A DNA stretch of 62,955 nt, the filler included, from Hausera hauseri (taxonomy: Eukaryota), in the NCBI GenBank assembly GCA_046269625.1. It is 9 parts of 9 records of this genome, joined end to end, with 100 filler letters (N's around TTAATTAATTAA, not from the genome) between each part and the next. Parts side by side here need not be neighbours in the genome. Positions count along the whole stretch, not along the records: positions 53,154 to 62,955 come from JBJURY010287724.1; 8 more parts are not named here. One strand, 5' to 3'. Position numbers and translations under genes: made by a program. The notes below the pieces were generated by a model, which saw only the letters and a list, made by a program, of their open reading frames with translations, was not told the DNA's origin and made no database searches. Position 1 is the stretch's first letter. Each line of letters begins with the position of its first letter. Shown piece after piece: positions 62,387-62,955 of the stretch.

Positions 62387-62955
62387 TGTGGTGCCGCGAA
62401 CTCGGACGCCACCACAGTCTAACTGCACCGAATTCTGCAATAAACACAAAGATATCGATTTTCTTCAATATACGTTTCAACAACAATGTCTGGGTTGAAT
62501 CTAGATTCGGAAATCGACTCGGTATCAGTTGTCGCAGGTCTACAACAGGTAAAAGCTCGACTTATGCATCAAGAAGTGGGATACCAGAAACCGTTATTTC
62601 TGGAGCCCACTACAGACTGCCATGTTCACCATTCTTCCTTGAAAACGGAAGTTCCTTAGCCTGGGTTATAATTCACTACAAATGGTCGACCAGGTTGTAC
62701 CAAAATTCAGCAGATCGGGTTTAGAGGTCTTCTTATAGATTGGCCTCCAAAAACGAAAAGGGGACGTTAACCCATTAAAGCAGTCAAATAAAACGACTGA
62801 AATACGAACAGCAAAAAAACGAACAAATAAAACAAATAATTTTTATTGTTATTCTTCATTTCGTCCGCTGATGCGTAAGAATCCTCGGTTGAGGAAAGGG
62901 TCACGTTAACCCTCGTTTTCCGGCGTGGACATATCGGAATGTCATCCGATCCTGA
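62387..62955 (+). mobile_element. Start of the 3' LTR of Gypsy B (truncated by the window)
   Basis: TGTGGTGCC immediately after the AGGAGTAG polypurine tract. Confidence 0.65.

Noticed and set aside
62389-62407. TGGTGCCGCGAACTCGG resembles a tRNA-His primer-binding site
   Set aside because: It follows the integrase and PPT and begins with TG, so it is better explained as an LTR start
1-62955. CRISPR array, rRNA or genuine tRNA genes, prokaryotic operons
   Set aside because: No regularly spaced repeats or full cloverleafs were seen; tRNA-like boxes belong to SINE heads; the content is eukaryotic

Overview
This is eukaryotic (invertebrate-like) DNA. It consists of nine contigs joined by artificial 100-bp spacers (44 N + TTAATTAATTAA + 44 N), so adjacency across spacers is meaningless. 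Host genes: a spliced 125-aa TRAF-type zinc-finger gene with a GC/CCAAT/TATA promoter, two mucin-like exons, and a single-exon Toll-like receptor with one frameshift at the transmembrane segment. Mobile DNA dominates the window. (i) Four contigs hold five decayed copies or relics of a Polinton/Maverick (adintovirus-like) protein-primed PolB. These carry an unusual N-terminal Cys/His repeat and a recurring accessory cassette (DEDD-like nuclease, RING protein, unknown ORF-X, dUTPase, TRAF-type MATH). (ii) A 3-kb Polinton derivative (capsid, adenain protease, PC4-like protein) lies between ~530-bp inverted repeats next to the TLR. (iii) Gypsy retrotransposons, LINE relics, SINEs and hAT relics are also present. 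The most striking observation concerns the Gypsy LTRs. The LTR-like units start TGTGG(T/C)GCC, are ~1.7-2 kb long, and carry intronless host-gene fragments (GAK/auxilin, HEATR5, probably HDAC6). One such unit has inserted into a PolB gene with a 5-bp target-site duplication, which suggests a 'Pack-LTR' gene-capture system. All family assignments come from motif recognition by eye; no database searches were run.
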